This document shows positions 28,683 through 38,063 of a stretch of DNA of 64,000 nt, piece by piece; within the stretch, counting starts at the first letter, position 1, and every line of letters begins with the position of its first letter. Under the pieces are notes generated by a model. It was not told where the DNA came from. It was given only the letters and a program-made list of their open reading frames with translations, and ran no database searches. The stretch spans positions 1,248,001-1,312,000 of the forward strand of contig CAWCKY010000004.1 in the NCBI GenBank assembly GCA_963796275.1, given 5' to 3'. The stretch is from an uncultured Acidobacteriota bacterium (GTDB lineage: Bacteria > Acidobacteriota > Blastocatellia > RBC074). The position numbers and the translations under genes are program-made.

Positions 28683-29693
28683 TCAGATTTTTATTTCTGA
28701 ACCCTGCTCGGTAAACCTCTTCAGCTTCATATTCAAAGTCTGAACACGCAGCCCGAGCATCGCCGAAGCCTTCGTTTGATTGCCATTCGTCTGGCGCAGA
28801 GCGGTTTCGATCAGGCTCCGTTCAAAATTGTCAACCATTTGCGGCAGATCGATCCCGCTGGTCGGAATCGCCTTGAGCGAAGAGTACCGAATCCTCGAGG
28901 GAAGATGCGATTCGTCAATCGGCTGCGGAGGAGTGTTCGCGATCGCGCTCTCGAGAGCCGCATCGAGTTCGTCGATGTTCCCCTCCCAGGCATAATCGGC
29001 GAGCATCTTCATCGCTCCCGGCGTAATCTCGTGCGGCCCTTTGTTCAGCCGTTTGACTATCCGTTCAACGAGATGCCGGACGAGATACGGCAGGTCTTCA
29101 CTTCGTTCGCGCAACGGTTTAATGGTGAAGCTCATCGGGCGCAAGAGCTCGACCAACCCATAGGCGATCCGATTATCGGCCTTCAGGTCCAATGGATTCC
29201 ATTCCGTCGCAAAGATCAATCGCGGCCCACCCCGCTTGCCGGAATGCGCGCGCCATCGTTGCTCCTCGATATGCGCCGCGAATCGCTGCTGCAGGAGCGC
29301 AGGCAGTCGCGTCAGTTCGTTTACGAATATCGTTCCGCGTTCACATGTCTCGATCATCCCACGAGTCCCGAAGAGCAGGGAATGAAGCGCCTCGCTTTCC
29401 AGACTGTGCGCGTTGACCGCGAAAAATGGCTGCGACCAGTTTCCGCTCGCCTGATGTAATACGCGCGCTACCTGATCCTGCCGCAAACCGCGCTCACCGA
29501 TTAACAAGGTAGGCTGAAGCTGCACTGCCTGCACGCTGATAAATTCCTTGAGCGCGCTGACGTTCGTGCTTACTCCAATAAAACATTCGTACTGGTCGAG
29601 AGTTAATGCCCTCGATCCACCCACCAGTGTAAGTGCCGGACGCGGCTGCATTGCCGGACGAACCTCCCTTTGCTCTACTGCTTCCGTTGCCAT
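28683..29693 (-). CDS. Degenerate sigma54-interaction (AAA+) domain protein with Fis-type HTH
   Basis: bEBP scaffold (PFFAVNA, LFG, GTIF, PLRERSEDL, YAWEGNI, ALRQTNGNQTKASAMLGL) with catalytic motifs lost; GGAGG RBS. Confidence 0.85.
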   Translation of the reverse strand: MATEAVEQREVRPAMQPRPALTLVGGSRALTLDQYECFIGVSTNVSALKEFISVQAVQLQPTLLIGERGLRQDQVARVLHQASGNWSQPFFAVNAHSLESEALHSLLFGTRGMIETCERGTIFVNELTRLPALLQQRFAAHIEEQRWRAHSGKRGGPRLIFATEWNPLDLKADNRIAYGLVELLRPMSFTIKPLRERSEDLPYLVRHLVERIVKRLNKGPHEITPGAMKMLADYAWEGNIDELDAALESAIANTPPQPIDESHLPSRIRYSSLKAIPTSGIDLPQMVDNFERSLIETALRQTNGNQTKASAMLGLRVQTLNMKLKRFTEQGSEIKI

Positions 29694-29836
29694 ACTAATT
29701 TACCTCCTTACTCTTGCAAGGCCATCTCCAGGCTCCGGCCCATATTCCAATTGATAAACTGATTATACTTATATACTTCTTGCTACCAAAAATTTAATAG
29801 TTTAAAGTCAACCTGTATAACTTCTTATTGTCATTG

Positions 29837-29853
29837 AACAATTGCTGTGCCAA
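29837..29853 (-). promoter_or_regulatory. Possible sigma54 promoter upstream of the degenerate activator
   Basis: Minus strand TTGGCACAGCAATTGTT = TGGCAC-N5-TTG(T), one mismatch at -12. Confidence 0.45.
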
Positions 29854-30085
29854 TCTGGTCCATTATTATAAGTTCATCAAATCATTGGACTTGAACGGGA
29901 GATGCTGAAGGAGAAGATCGGGCTGGGTGTTCGGTTATGGGATGTGATAGTTTCAAAAACGAACTTTTTGGGCTCATAACCTGTTACTCAGTAAGGAAAT
30001 ATCAGCAATTGTTTAATTCCAACAACGCTTCTAACGTGAAGAGCCAGAGAAAGTTCCAGTAAAATTATAAATAGCCACATTTATG

Positions 30086-30222
30086 GACGGTTGGCGGTTG
30101 GCGGTTATAGTTGGTAATCGGTAGTTGGTAGGCGGTAGTCGGTATTATCATTTACCGCGAACCGCGAACCCGACAACCGTCTACCGACAACCGCCAACCG
30201 CCAACCGCCTACCGACAACCGG
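30086..30222. repeat. Paired inverted heptamer repeats (GGCGGTT)n / (AACCGCC)n
   Basis: cggttggcggttggcggtt ... ccgccaaccgccaaccgcc, just after the DUF4097 stop. Confidence 0.7.
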
Positions 30223-30223
30223 C

Positions 30224-31003
30224 TCAATTTCTCCGCAGCTGAACTCTCCCATTAATGCCGGAGATGGTGATACGAGCTCCTCCGGAGCCAATGGTTCCCT
30301 TCAACTGGCCTCGCTTAAGTTCGCCCAGGAGGGTGATCGGCAAATCGGAATCGACGGAGCCGTTCACCGAAGACACATCCACATCGGCATTGATCGATTC
30401 GGGGAACCCAATTTCGACGGCGCCGTTGATCCCGTTGACGCGCAGCCCGCCCTCGCCCAGGCGCGCCAATGAAATCCGGATCCCCCCATTAATACCATTG
30501 ATATTGGTAGCGGTCCCAGCCTGGGCGACATCGACTCGTCCATTGATTCCATTAACGACGATCTCGCCCTCTATCGGGCCGACATCGACCGCTCCATTTA
30601 TGCCCGATATATTCATATTGATACTGCGCGGCAATATCAGGCGAACCACATGTTTCACGCCATCTCGATCTCTTCCCCTGCCCTCCTTATTTTCGATCGT
30701 ACGGATCGTCAGGCTGTTCGGCGTGTTTTCGACAGTCAACGGACGGCGCTCGATCGCCTCCCGGCTGGCAGCCTTGATCCTGATATCGATCTCAGCCCTA
30801 TCTCCTTCTCCCGTTTCGATTGTGACAGGACCATTGATGCCGCTGACTCTGACATTCGAGCCAGCAGCCAGAGTTACCGTCTTATTAATCTGTTCGGTCA
30901 CCTCCTGTCCTGCAACAGGATACGAAATGCCCGATGCTCCCGGCATCAACCGATAACAAAATCCGATTATCAGGATTATTAATAGCGAGGTTGTTATTTT
31001 CAT
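30224..31003 (-). CDS. DUF4097 beta-strand repeat protein
   Basis: Signal/TM then repeated xGINGxV units; start MKITTS at 31003 preferred. Confidence 0.85.
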   Translation of the reverse strand: MKITTSLLIILIIGFCYRLMPGASGISYPVAGQEVTEQINKTVTLAAGSNVRVSGINGPVTIETGEGDRAEIDIRIKAASREAIERRPLTVENTPNSLTIRTIENKEGRGRDRDGVKHVVRLILPRSINMNISGINGAVDVGPIEGEIVVNGINGRVDVAQAGTATNINGINGGIRISLARLGEGGLRVNGINGAVEIGFPESINADVDVSSVNGSVDSDLPITLLGELKRGQLKGTIGSGGARITISGINGRVQLRRN

Positions 31004-31028
31004 AGTTTTTCGACCCTTCCGCCGCTCA

Positions 31029-32393
31029 TCACTTGATGCTTTTCTTGATCTGTACGCTGCCGCTGAAGCTCGACGCCCGGACCTCAGCGCCGCCTTTGCC
31101 GACCGTGCATCGAATCTCCCTCGAAGATACGCTCGAACTGAGCTGGCAGGGAAAATCGGTATTGATTGATCCATTATTGCTCCTGGCAGTTAACCTGAAG
31201 CTGCTATCGGATGGCAGGGTCAGGACCACTTCGCCGCTATGGCTACTAAAATTATAGACCCCTTCACTGGATAATTTACCGCCGAAGCGCACGCTGCCGC
31301 TGACACAGCTCGCTACCACGCCCTGGCTGTCGACGTTGCTAAGATTGACCGAATCACTGACGCTGTTGGCTTCGATACGCCCTTTGGCATCGCTGATATC
31401 TACTCTGCCGCTCACCGTGGTCGCTCGAACGCCCTCATCTGCTTTCCGAACGACAATGTTTCCGCTGACGGTATTGGCTGTGACCAGCCCGCGCGCATTG
31501 GTGACGGTGATATTATCGCTGATGCTCCCGGCCTCGACATCTCCGCCGGCGTCGTTGACCAGTACCGAACCATTTTGCGAACGAGCGATCGCGCGGCCGC
31601 CTATGCTCTCGAGCCGTACGCTTCCATTGTTAGTGCCGGCCGTTGCGTTATTCTTGATTTGAATCGCGGTGACCGTGCCGTTGACGCTCTGGCCATTGAG
31701 AAGCGTGGCGGCATCGTTGACGTTCACGTCACCGTTGGTTGTATTTGCCCGCAACTCGCCTCCGATTTTTGTTGCTTTGATCGACCCGTTCGTAGAGGCG
31801 AGCGTCGCCATCTCGTTCACTTCATTCACCGTGATACTTCCGTTGGTCGAGCGTGCGCTGACGCGCGCCAGCGGTCCCGTTACCGTTATGTCCCCATTCG
31901 TCAGGTTCAGTGAATTGAGGTCAGCCGTTCGCGGAACTTTCAGGTCGTAGTCGACCGAAACATCGGTCGATCTGCCGCGCGGATAGACGGTGCGGATCTC
32001 AATACGCTCCGGCTTGGCAATCACTTGAATCTCGACGCGGCCGAAATCATCCGGGCGCCCGCGTTTGATGGCATCCACCTTGACCCGGCTCTCAGTCCAG
32101 CTCGTCACGCGCAGGTTGCCGTTCGTGTTGCTGACGCTGATCGTCCCGTTGGGAGCGAAATCATAAGTTTCGTGAAACTCGCGCTCCTGGCCGGTCGTCT
32201 GCACGGAGGCCGAAGCTGCATCCCAGCCGGCCGTGAAAAGCCAGCATGAAATCAAAATAACGCAGGGCCGCAAAGACGCGAATAAAGCATATGAGTGGTA
32301 TGAGACCCCGTTCTGCGTGATTGAATTTTTGCGTCTTAGCTTCGAATTTTCCACTATAACTGTTCCTATGTTTTGATATATCGAAAACCTCAC
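31029..32393 (-). CDS. DUF4097 beta-strand repeat protein
   Basis: Repeated STNGSI / TVSGxI units; SVDYDLKVP; true start may be downstream. Confidence 0.85.
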   Translation of the reverse strand: MRFSIYQNIGTVIVENSKLRRKNSITQNGVSYHSYALFASLRPCVILISCWLFTAGWDAASASVQTTGQEREFHETYDFAPNGTISVSNTNGNLRVTSWTESRVKVDAIKRGRPDDFGRVEIQVIAKPERIEIRTVYPRGRSTDVSVDYDLKVPRTADLNSLNLTNGDITVTGPLARVSARSTNGSITVNEVNEMATLASTNGSIKATKIGGELRANTTNGDVNVNDAATLLNGQSVNGTVTAIQIKNNATAGTNNGSVRLESIGGRAIARSQNGSVLVNDAGGDVEAGSISDNITVTNARGLVTANTVSGNIVVRKADEGVRATTVSGRVDISDAKGRIEANSVSDSVNLSNVDSQGVVASCVSGSVRFGGKLSSEGVYNFSSHSGEVVLTLPSDSSFRLTARSNNGSINTDFPCQLSSSVSSREIRCTVGKGGAEVRASSFSGSVQIKKSIK

Positions 32394-33214
32394 CTCATCG
32401 AAAAATCCTGCATCAGTTCGACCTTCCTTGCGTAAGCCGCAAGCAGGAACTGACCGGCGGCCAGATCGTTCGGACGTTCGCGAAGCGCGCGCCGGCTTGC
32501 GGCAATCGAACTGTCGATCAAAGCCAGGCTGCTCTCATATTGCTTGATCAGCCCAGGATCGAACCCATTCTTACGTCCGGCGATGGCGCTATCGAGCAAC
32601 CTGATCGCATTTCGATATTCGCGTTCTGCGCGTGCGATCTGTTGATTGATGAGCCCCTGATCGGATAGGACTCTCGCACGGGGCGTGGCGCGGGGGACAG
32701 CCGCCCGCGACTTTTTCGGCGGAGGCACAATCTCCGGTGGCGTCGCGGTTGCCGGCGGAGATGGACTCGCGGATGTAAGTTCCTTTGTCTCGATCGGCTT
32801 CAATTCGTCCCTCCCGCGCCTGAGAACCCAAGTCGTAACCGCTGCCGTAAGCGCGATCAGCAGAAGCGAAAATGCTGCCTGACGCAGAATCGAAGGGCTG
32901 AACAGCCACGAAAAAGCGCCGCTGCCTGGCATGCCGGCCAACCATCCGCCGTCAGCTTTGTCTTCGCGCAAGGGAACGGCTTCAGCCCTGATTTGCTCGC
33001 GAATCGTTTCCCACATCGCAGCCGATGGCTCGATGGCGGTCTGTTCATAATAGCGTGCGAAGAGCTCGTTTTCGCGCTCCAGCTCATCGCGCGCCGCCGC
33101 GCAGTCTCCACAACCGGCGAGATGCGCTCTGATCTCAGACGCGCGCGATTCGCTCAATTCGCCATAGAGGAAATCTTCAAGTTCTGATCGACAAAATTCA
33201 CAACTCATAATCAT
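32390..33214 (-). CDS. Zinc-binding anti-sigma factor (zf-HC2) with one TM
   Basis: C...LYGEL...HLAGCGDC (HxxxCxxC), TM, Pro-rich linker, helical C-terminus. Confidence 0.88.
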   Translation of the reverse strand: MIMSCEFCRSELEDFLYGELSESRASEIRAHLAGCGDCAAARDELERENELFARYYEQTAIEPSAAMWETIREQIRAEAVPLREDKADGGWLAGMPGSGAFSWLFSPSILRQAAFSLLLIALTAAVTTWVLRRGRDELKPIETKELTSASPSPPATATPPEIVPPPKKSRAAVPRATPRARVLSDQGLINQQIARAEREYRNAIRLLDSAIAGRKNGFDPGLIKQYESSLALIDSSIAASRRALRERPNDLAAGQFLLAAYARKVELMQDFSMR

Positions 33215-33232
33215 CTCGCTGTCGGGGGAAAC

Positions 33233-33800
33233 TCAATGGTTTGCAAGATAAGGCGCAATTCGTTTTCTCACCTCCGCGCGAGCGCGATGAAGATACCGTC
33301 TTCAATTTTCCGATCGAATGACCGGTGATCGCGCTGATCTCTTCATAACTCTTTTCATGAAATATCTTCAAACTGAAAACTACTCTTTTGTCTTCGTCTA
33401 GCGACAGTAATGCCTGTTGAATAGTCTCGGCCAATTCGCGGTCGAGCATCGCTCCTTCCGGCAATATTCCCTTCGACTCCAACTGTAAACTCTCAGGCTC
33501 ATCCAACCCCACGTTCCTTTCGTCCCTGCGAGCCTGGCGCGCCGATTCGCGGACTACATTGCGCGCAATTCCGAAAAGCCAGGTCGATAATCGCATCTCA
33601 TCTTTCAATCCCGGGAGGTTGCGATAAGCCCGAACAAACGTCTCCTGCGCCAGCTCTTCGGCCAGCTCGCGATTATGAACCAGATTGTAAATAAAGCTGA
33701 GTATAGGGCGGCCATAGCGGTTGAAGATGAGATGGAAGGCATCTTCATCACCGCACTTCGCACGCGCAACCACGCCCGGCGCTATCTCCGCGAACGTCAT
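33233..33800 (-). CDS. ECF RNA polymerase sigma factor with an apparent +1 frameshift near 33295
   Basis: [38 protein letters not shown]; removing one base restores [22 protein letters not shown]; GGGGAGG RBS before ATG 33800. Confidence 0.88.
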
Positions 33801-33816
33801 CCTCCCCCTTAACCCC

Positions 33817-33976
33817 GGATTGAGGATTGAGGATTGCGAATTGCGGATTTCTTTCTCAGCCAGATCTTCAATTGTATCGATAAGTTCAAGTTGCAATTAC
33901 TCATTCCTCGTAACTCTGATAACTCAAATCTATAAATCCACAATCCACAATCCACAATCCACAATCCACAATCCGC
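33817..33976. repeat. Paired inverted heptamer repeats (GGATTGA)n / (AATCCAC)5
   Basis: ggattgaggattgaggattgcg at 33817; five perfect aatccac units from 33935. Confidence 0.85.
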
Positions 33977-34132
33977 GATCTTCCCATTGAGTGAGTGCAA
34001 ATATCGATCTCGAGGTTTCAAAGACGGTATTAAAAGTATAATTACTTTCTTTCGTTAAATTACTCTCGTTTCGCTCATTTTGCATTCAGATTTTACGCAA
34101 TAAAGAGCCTTATTTATGATATAAATTTCATC

Positions 34133-35098
34133 ATGCAAAAAAGTCGTTTTCTCGTAACTGGCGGCGCCGGTTTTATCGGCAGTCATCTGGTCGATGTGTT
34201 ATTGGCGCAATCCCCGGCGAAGGTCGTAGTTATAGATAATTTCGACGGGTTCTACGAACGGGAGATCAAGCAGGCGAACATCGCCGGCCATCTCGCGCAC
34301 CCCGCATATCGTCTGGTCGAGCAAGACATTCGCGATTATGCCGCGCTACAGCAGTTATTCTCCGAAGAGCCTTTCGATGTGATCTTCCATCTGGCGGCGA
34401 AAGCCGGCGTGCGCCCCTCGGTAAGCGACCCACGAAGCTATCAGGAGGTGAATGCCGGAGGGACAATGAACCTCCTCGACCTGGCTCAGCGCAATGGTAT
34501 TAAGAAATTCATCTATGGTTCGACGAGTTCGATATACGGCCCGAACGCGACGCCTCCTTTCAGAGAGGACGCCCCGCATGCGCCGATCTCGCCTTATGCC
34601 GCGACCAAGGCCGCCGGTGAGCTTATGGCGCACACCTACAGTTATCTTTACGGGATTCGCGCGGTCTGCCTGCGATTCTTTACCGTCTACGGTCCGCGCC
34701 AACGGCCCGATCTGGCGATTCATAAATTCGCGCGACTCATTTCGAGCAATCGCCCGATCCCGGTATTCGGCGATGGCAGGAGCGAGCGCGATTTCACTTA
34801 CATCGATGACATAATACAGGGGATGATGGCAGCGATCGACTATGACGCGACGCCATTCGAAGTGATCAACCTCGGAGAATCGCAGACGGTGACGGTTGAC
34901 CGGATGATCAATCTTCTAGAAGAAGCGCTCGGACAAAAAGCGATAATCGATCGTCAGCCGCCGCAACCTGGGGACATGCCTCGCACGCACGCCGACATCA
35001 GCAAGGCGCGCAAATTACTCAACTATAAACCGACGACGCCGATCGATGTTGGTATTAAGAAATTTGCGGACTGGTTCGGGAGAAACGTTAATCGCTAG
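34133..35098 (+). CDS. NAD-dependent epimerase (UDP-glucuronate 4-epimerase-like)
   Basis: [40 protein letters not shown]. Confidence 0.92.
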   Translation: MQKSRFLVTGGAGFIGSHLVDVLLAQSPAKVVVIDNFDGFYEREIKQANIAGHLAHPAYRLVEQDIRDYAALQQLFSEEPFDVIFHLAAKAGVRPSVSDPRSYQEVNAGGTMNLLDLAQRNGIKKFIYGSTSSIYGPNATPPFREDAPHAPISPYAATKAAGELMAHTYSYLYGIRAVCLRFFTVYGPRQRPDLAIHKFARLISSNRPIPVFGDGRSERDFTYIDDIIQGMMAAIDYDATPFEVINLGESQTVTVDRMINLLEEALGQKAIIDRQPPQPGDMPRTHADISKARKLLNYKPTTPIDVGIKKFADWFGRNVNR

Positions 35099-35381
35099 TT
35101 AGTCGAACTTTACCCATTTATCGGCTCACCTTCGTTATTTGCGCCAAAGAAGTAATAGTCTGCGTTAACCAGCCTTTTCCGTATCCTCAGAATAACGGTG
35201 ATGAGGACCGGTACCCTGCCGGATTCGTAAAGTGGAGAAAAAATTGCAATTTGGAGGATCCCCTGTCTCCCTCCTGTCTCCCTTCCCCCCTACATTCCAG
35301 TTTGGAATGCTGAGAGCATAACTGCTACTATGGCGTGTGAGGACGTGCCCGCGTAATGCACCGCGAAGAGGTTTTCATTCG

Positions 35382-36152
35382 ATGAGCCGGGATAACAAAA
35401 TTACGGTAATCATTTTCGCCATCATCGTATTAGTGGGACCCGAATACATTCTTTACGGTCAGGGAAAGCCGCGTTCCAAGATCAGGCCGAAACCGCCGGC
35501 TACCGCGTCCGCCCCATCCTCGACCGCCGCGCGGGCGAAATTACCGGTAATCGTAAATCTCAAAGATGGCGAATCTGTTAAAGGTCATTTCATTAGCGCT
35601 GACGCGGAAAATCTTCAGGTTGAGGTACGAAGCGGAAAGCTATCGATCAAGATGAGCGAAGTTTTTAGCATGATCTTTGAAACCGATGATGATGCGCCAT
35701 CCAAGTCGGTTGAAGAAGTAGTGAAGAATCTCGATAAGGAAGCCTCGACTCCTCCGGCGGCCCGTAAAGCATACAATTCGCTCCGCAGGCTGGCTGAAGC
35801 CGGTCAACTAAGGGTTCCGTACTCACAATACAGCGCCCAACTCTTCGAAGCCAAGGCTGTGGTGGATGAAGCGCTGGGTGTCCTGCCCGACGGTGATGCA
35901 ATCAAAATCGACCTGACGCGAGCGTTAGAGGTCTTCACCGATGTTGCCAGAGCCTGGGGCGCAGTGAACCGGAATGGGAGGATACCGATCAACACGGAAC
36001 CCGGGTCATCCTTGATGGAAAAATACAACATCAAAGCGGAACTAAATGCAGTAGCGCAGGCGGATCATCTGAAGTTGGAAACGGCGCTCAAAACTATCTT
36101 ATCGGCGGCCGAACCAATGCTCAGGAATATTGCTTTTATAATTGATAATTGA
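35382..36152 (+). CDS. Hypothetical exported/membrane-anchored protein
   Basis: N-terminal hydrophobic segment, Pro-rich linker, small beta domain, helical C-terminus. Confidence 0.65.
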   Translation: MSRDNKITVIIFAIIVLVGPEYILYGQGKPRSKIRPKPPATASAPSSTAARAKLPVIVNLKDGESVKGHFISADAENLQVEVRSGKLSIKMSEVFSMIFETDDDAPSKSVEEVVKNLDKEASTPPAARKAYNSLRRLAEAGQLRVPYSQYSAQLFEAKAVVDEALGVLPDGDAIKIDLTRALEVFTDVARAWGAVNRNGRIPINTEPGSSLMEKYNIKAELNAVAQADHLKLETALKTILSAAEPMLRNIAFIIDN

Positions 36153-36205
36153 TAGCGGATAATTGAAAATTCGCAAAAATCGCCCCCGCAGTGAATACCT
36201 AACCC

Positions 36206-37702
36206 TCAACTCTTCAATTTACTTATCAGATATCCAACCACGAACGTCGTGAGCGATCCAATCAAGACGTACCATTGCCATGAGACGCCGGTGAACAGTT
36301 TTATCCAGAGCATGAATCCGGCGCCGGCGATCATTCCGGCGATGGCCGCAGTCTGGCGCACTTGTCTGGTGAAGGTACCTAGGAAGAAGACGCCGAGGAT
36401 TACGCCGTTGGTGAAAGATGCGATGCCCAGCACTTCATCCACGACGCGCCGGGAGAGTTTGATCGCGGCGATGCCCACGACGATCTGAACCAGTCCCCAG
36501 ACGGCTGTAATAATCCGCGAAGCGTTCAAATAATGTTTATCGCTCTTCTGATACCCGGTCATCGGCATATAAAAATCGGCCATCGCGGTCGATGCCTGGG
36601 CGTTGAGTGATGAAGTGAAGGCGGCGGCTGCGATTGCTGCGATCACCAGACCTACGATGCCCGTCGGTAATTGATTGACGATGAAATGAGGAAAGACGCG
36701 ATCTCCCTGGACAACGCCATTGTTCGTGAAGGCCGCCATCTGGTCGGGGGCGTGAAAATTATAGAAGACGTAGAGCATGGCGCCGATCAGCAGGAAGAGG
36801 GCGAATTGCACGAAGACCACGGCGCCGCTCGTCAGCAAGGCGATCCGCGCGCTACGAGGAGAATCGCTGCATAAGTAACGTTGGACCATCAACTGATCGG
36901 TGCCATGCGTCGCCGTCGTCAAGAAAGCGCCGCCGATTAGCCCCGACCAGAACGTGTAACTCTTGGTCAAGCTCCATGTGAAATCGAACAGGGTGAATTT
37001 TCCCGCCGCCATACCCGCCTGCGCCACTTCGTTCCAGCCGCCCGGGAGTTGTTGGAGTAAGATCACAGCTGCGACAATCGCACCTATCAGATAGATTCCC
37101 AACTGGCTGACATCGGTCCAGATCACCGCCGACATTCCGCCGAGGTACGAATAGACGATAGTCGCAGCGCCCATCAACAAAACCGAAAAGATGACGATAG
37201 TGACCGAAGGCTCGAGAGTTGGAAACAGCGCGCGCGCCGTTTCATCAGTGCCGGGCAAAGCCAGCAGCACCGCTGCGAGCACCAAACCCGTCAGATAGAG
37301 GCGAAATCCATCGGCGAGACTGCGTGTGACCAAAAAAAGCGAAGATGCCAGCCGGCGCACACCGTCGCCGAAGCGCTGTCCCAGCAGTTGATAGACCGTC
37401 AGCAGCTCACCTCGAAAATATTGCGGCACAAAGAGCAGCGAGACCGCCATTCGCCCTATCAAATAACCCATAACCAACTGGAGGAATGTGAAGTTGCCGG
37501 TGAATGCGAAGCCCGGCACGCTGATGAATGTCACGCTGCTCGTCTCGGTCGAGACGATAGAAGCCATAATCGCCCACCATGGCACGCGCCGGCTGCCGAC
37601 GAAATATGTCTTGACGTCCTTCTGCGCGCGCGAGAAGTAGAGGCCGAAGAGCATTGTTCCGGTGAGATAGACGAAGAGAATGATCAGGTCGAGTGGACGC
37701 AC
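36206..37702 (-). CDS. Sodium:solute symporter (SSS family)
   Basis: [36 protein letters not shown]; many TMs. Confidence 0.92.
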   Translation of the reverse strand: MRPLDLIILFVYLTGTMLFGLYFSRAQKDVKTYFVGSRRVPWWAIMASIVSTETSSVTFISVPGFAFTGNFTFLQLVMGYLIGRMAVSLLFVPQYFRGELLTVYQLLGQRFGDGVRRLASSLFLVTRSLADGFRLYLTGLVLAAVLLALPGTDETARALFPTLEPSVTIVIFSVLLMGAATIVYSYLGGMSAVIWTDVSQLGIYLIGAIVAAVILLQQLPGGWNEVAQAGMAAGKFTLFDFTWSLTKSYTFWSGLIGGAFLTTATHGTDQLMVQRYLCSDSPRSARIALLTSGAVVFVQFALFLLIGAMLYVFYNFHAPDQMAAFTNNGVVQGDRVFPHFIVNQLPTGIVGLVIAAIAAAAFTSSLNAQASTAMADFYMPMTGYQKSDKHYLNASRIITAVWGLVQIVVGIAAIKLSRRVVDEVLGIASFTNGVILGVFFLGTFTRQVRQTAAIAGMIAGAGFMLWIKLFTGVSWQWYVLIGSLTTFVVGYLISKLKS

Positions 37703-37707
37703 GTCAA

Positions 37708-38063
37708 TTTTCAGTTTTTAGTTTTTAGTTTTTAGTTTTTAGTTTTTAACTTAATTTTTCATCTCTTCGCCGCGTTAGCGGCGGTTGATTGTAGCCGTGG
37801 GTTTTAACCCACGGAAGGCTTGAAAGATATTTCCGCGTCGCGTTAGCGACGCATGAATTCAACCGTCGCTGACGCGACGTGAATAAAATCTACCGCCACC
37901 GTGGGTTAAAACCCACGGCTACAATCAACCGCCGCTAACGCGGCGAAGAGTTTTTAGTTTTTAGTTTTAGTTTTAGTTTCTGTTTCAGTTTCAGTTTGCG
38001 GTTTACTCATCCAGCGCCTATCAGAAATCAAGCATTTAAAAAAGCAAACTGAAAACTGAAAAC
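37708..38063. repeat. Heptamer arrays (TTTTTAG/TTTTCAG)n and (AAAACTG)n, interrupted by a REPIN
   Basis: tttttag tandem units at 37715-37747 and 37951-37977; aaactgaaaactgaaaact at 38046-38064. Confidence 0.8.
37763..37950. repeat. REPIN-like element with perfect 52-bp inverted arms (GTAG-type REP)
   Basis: 37763-37814 is the exact reverse complement of 37899-37950; contains GTAGCCGTGGGTTTTAACCCACGG and an inner cgtcgcgttagcgacg hairpin. Confidence 0.9.
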
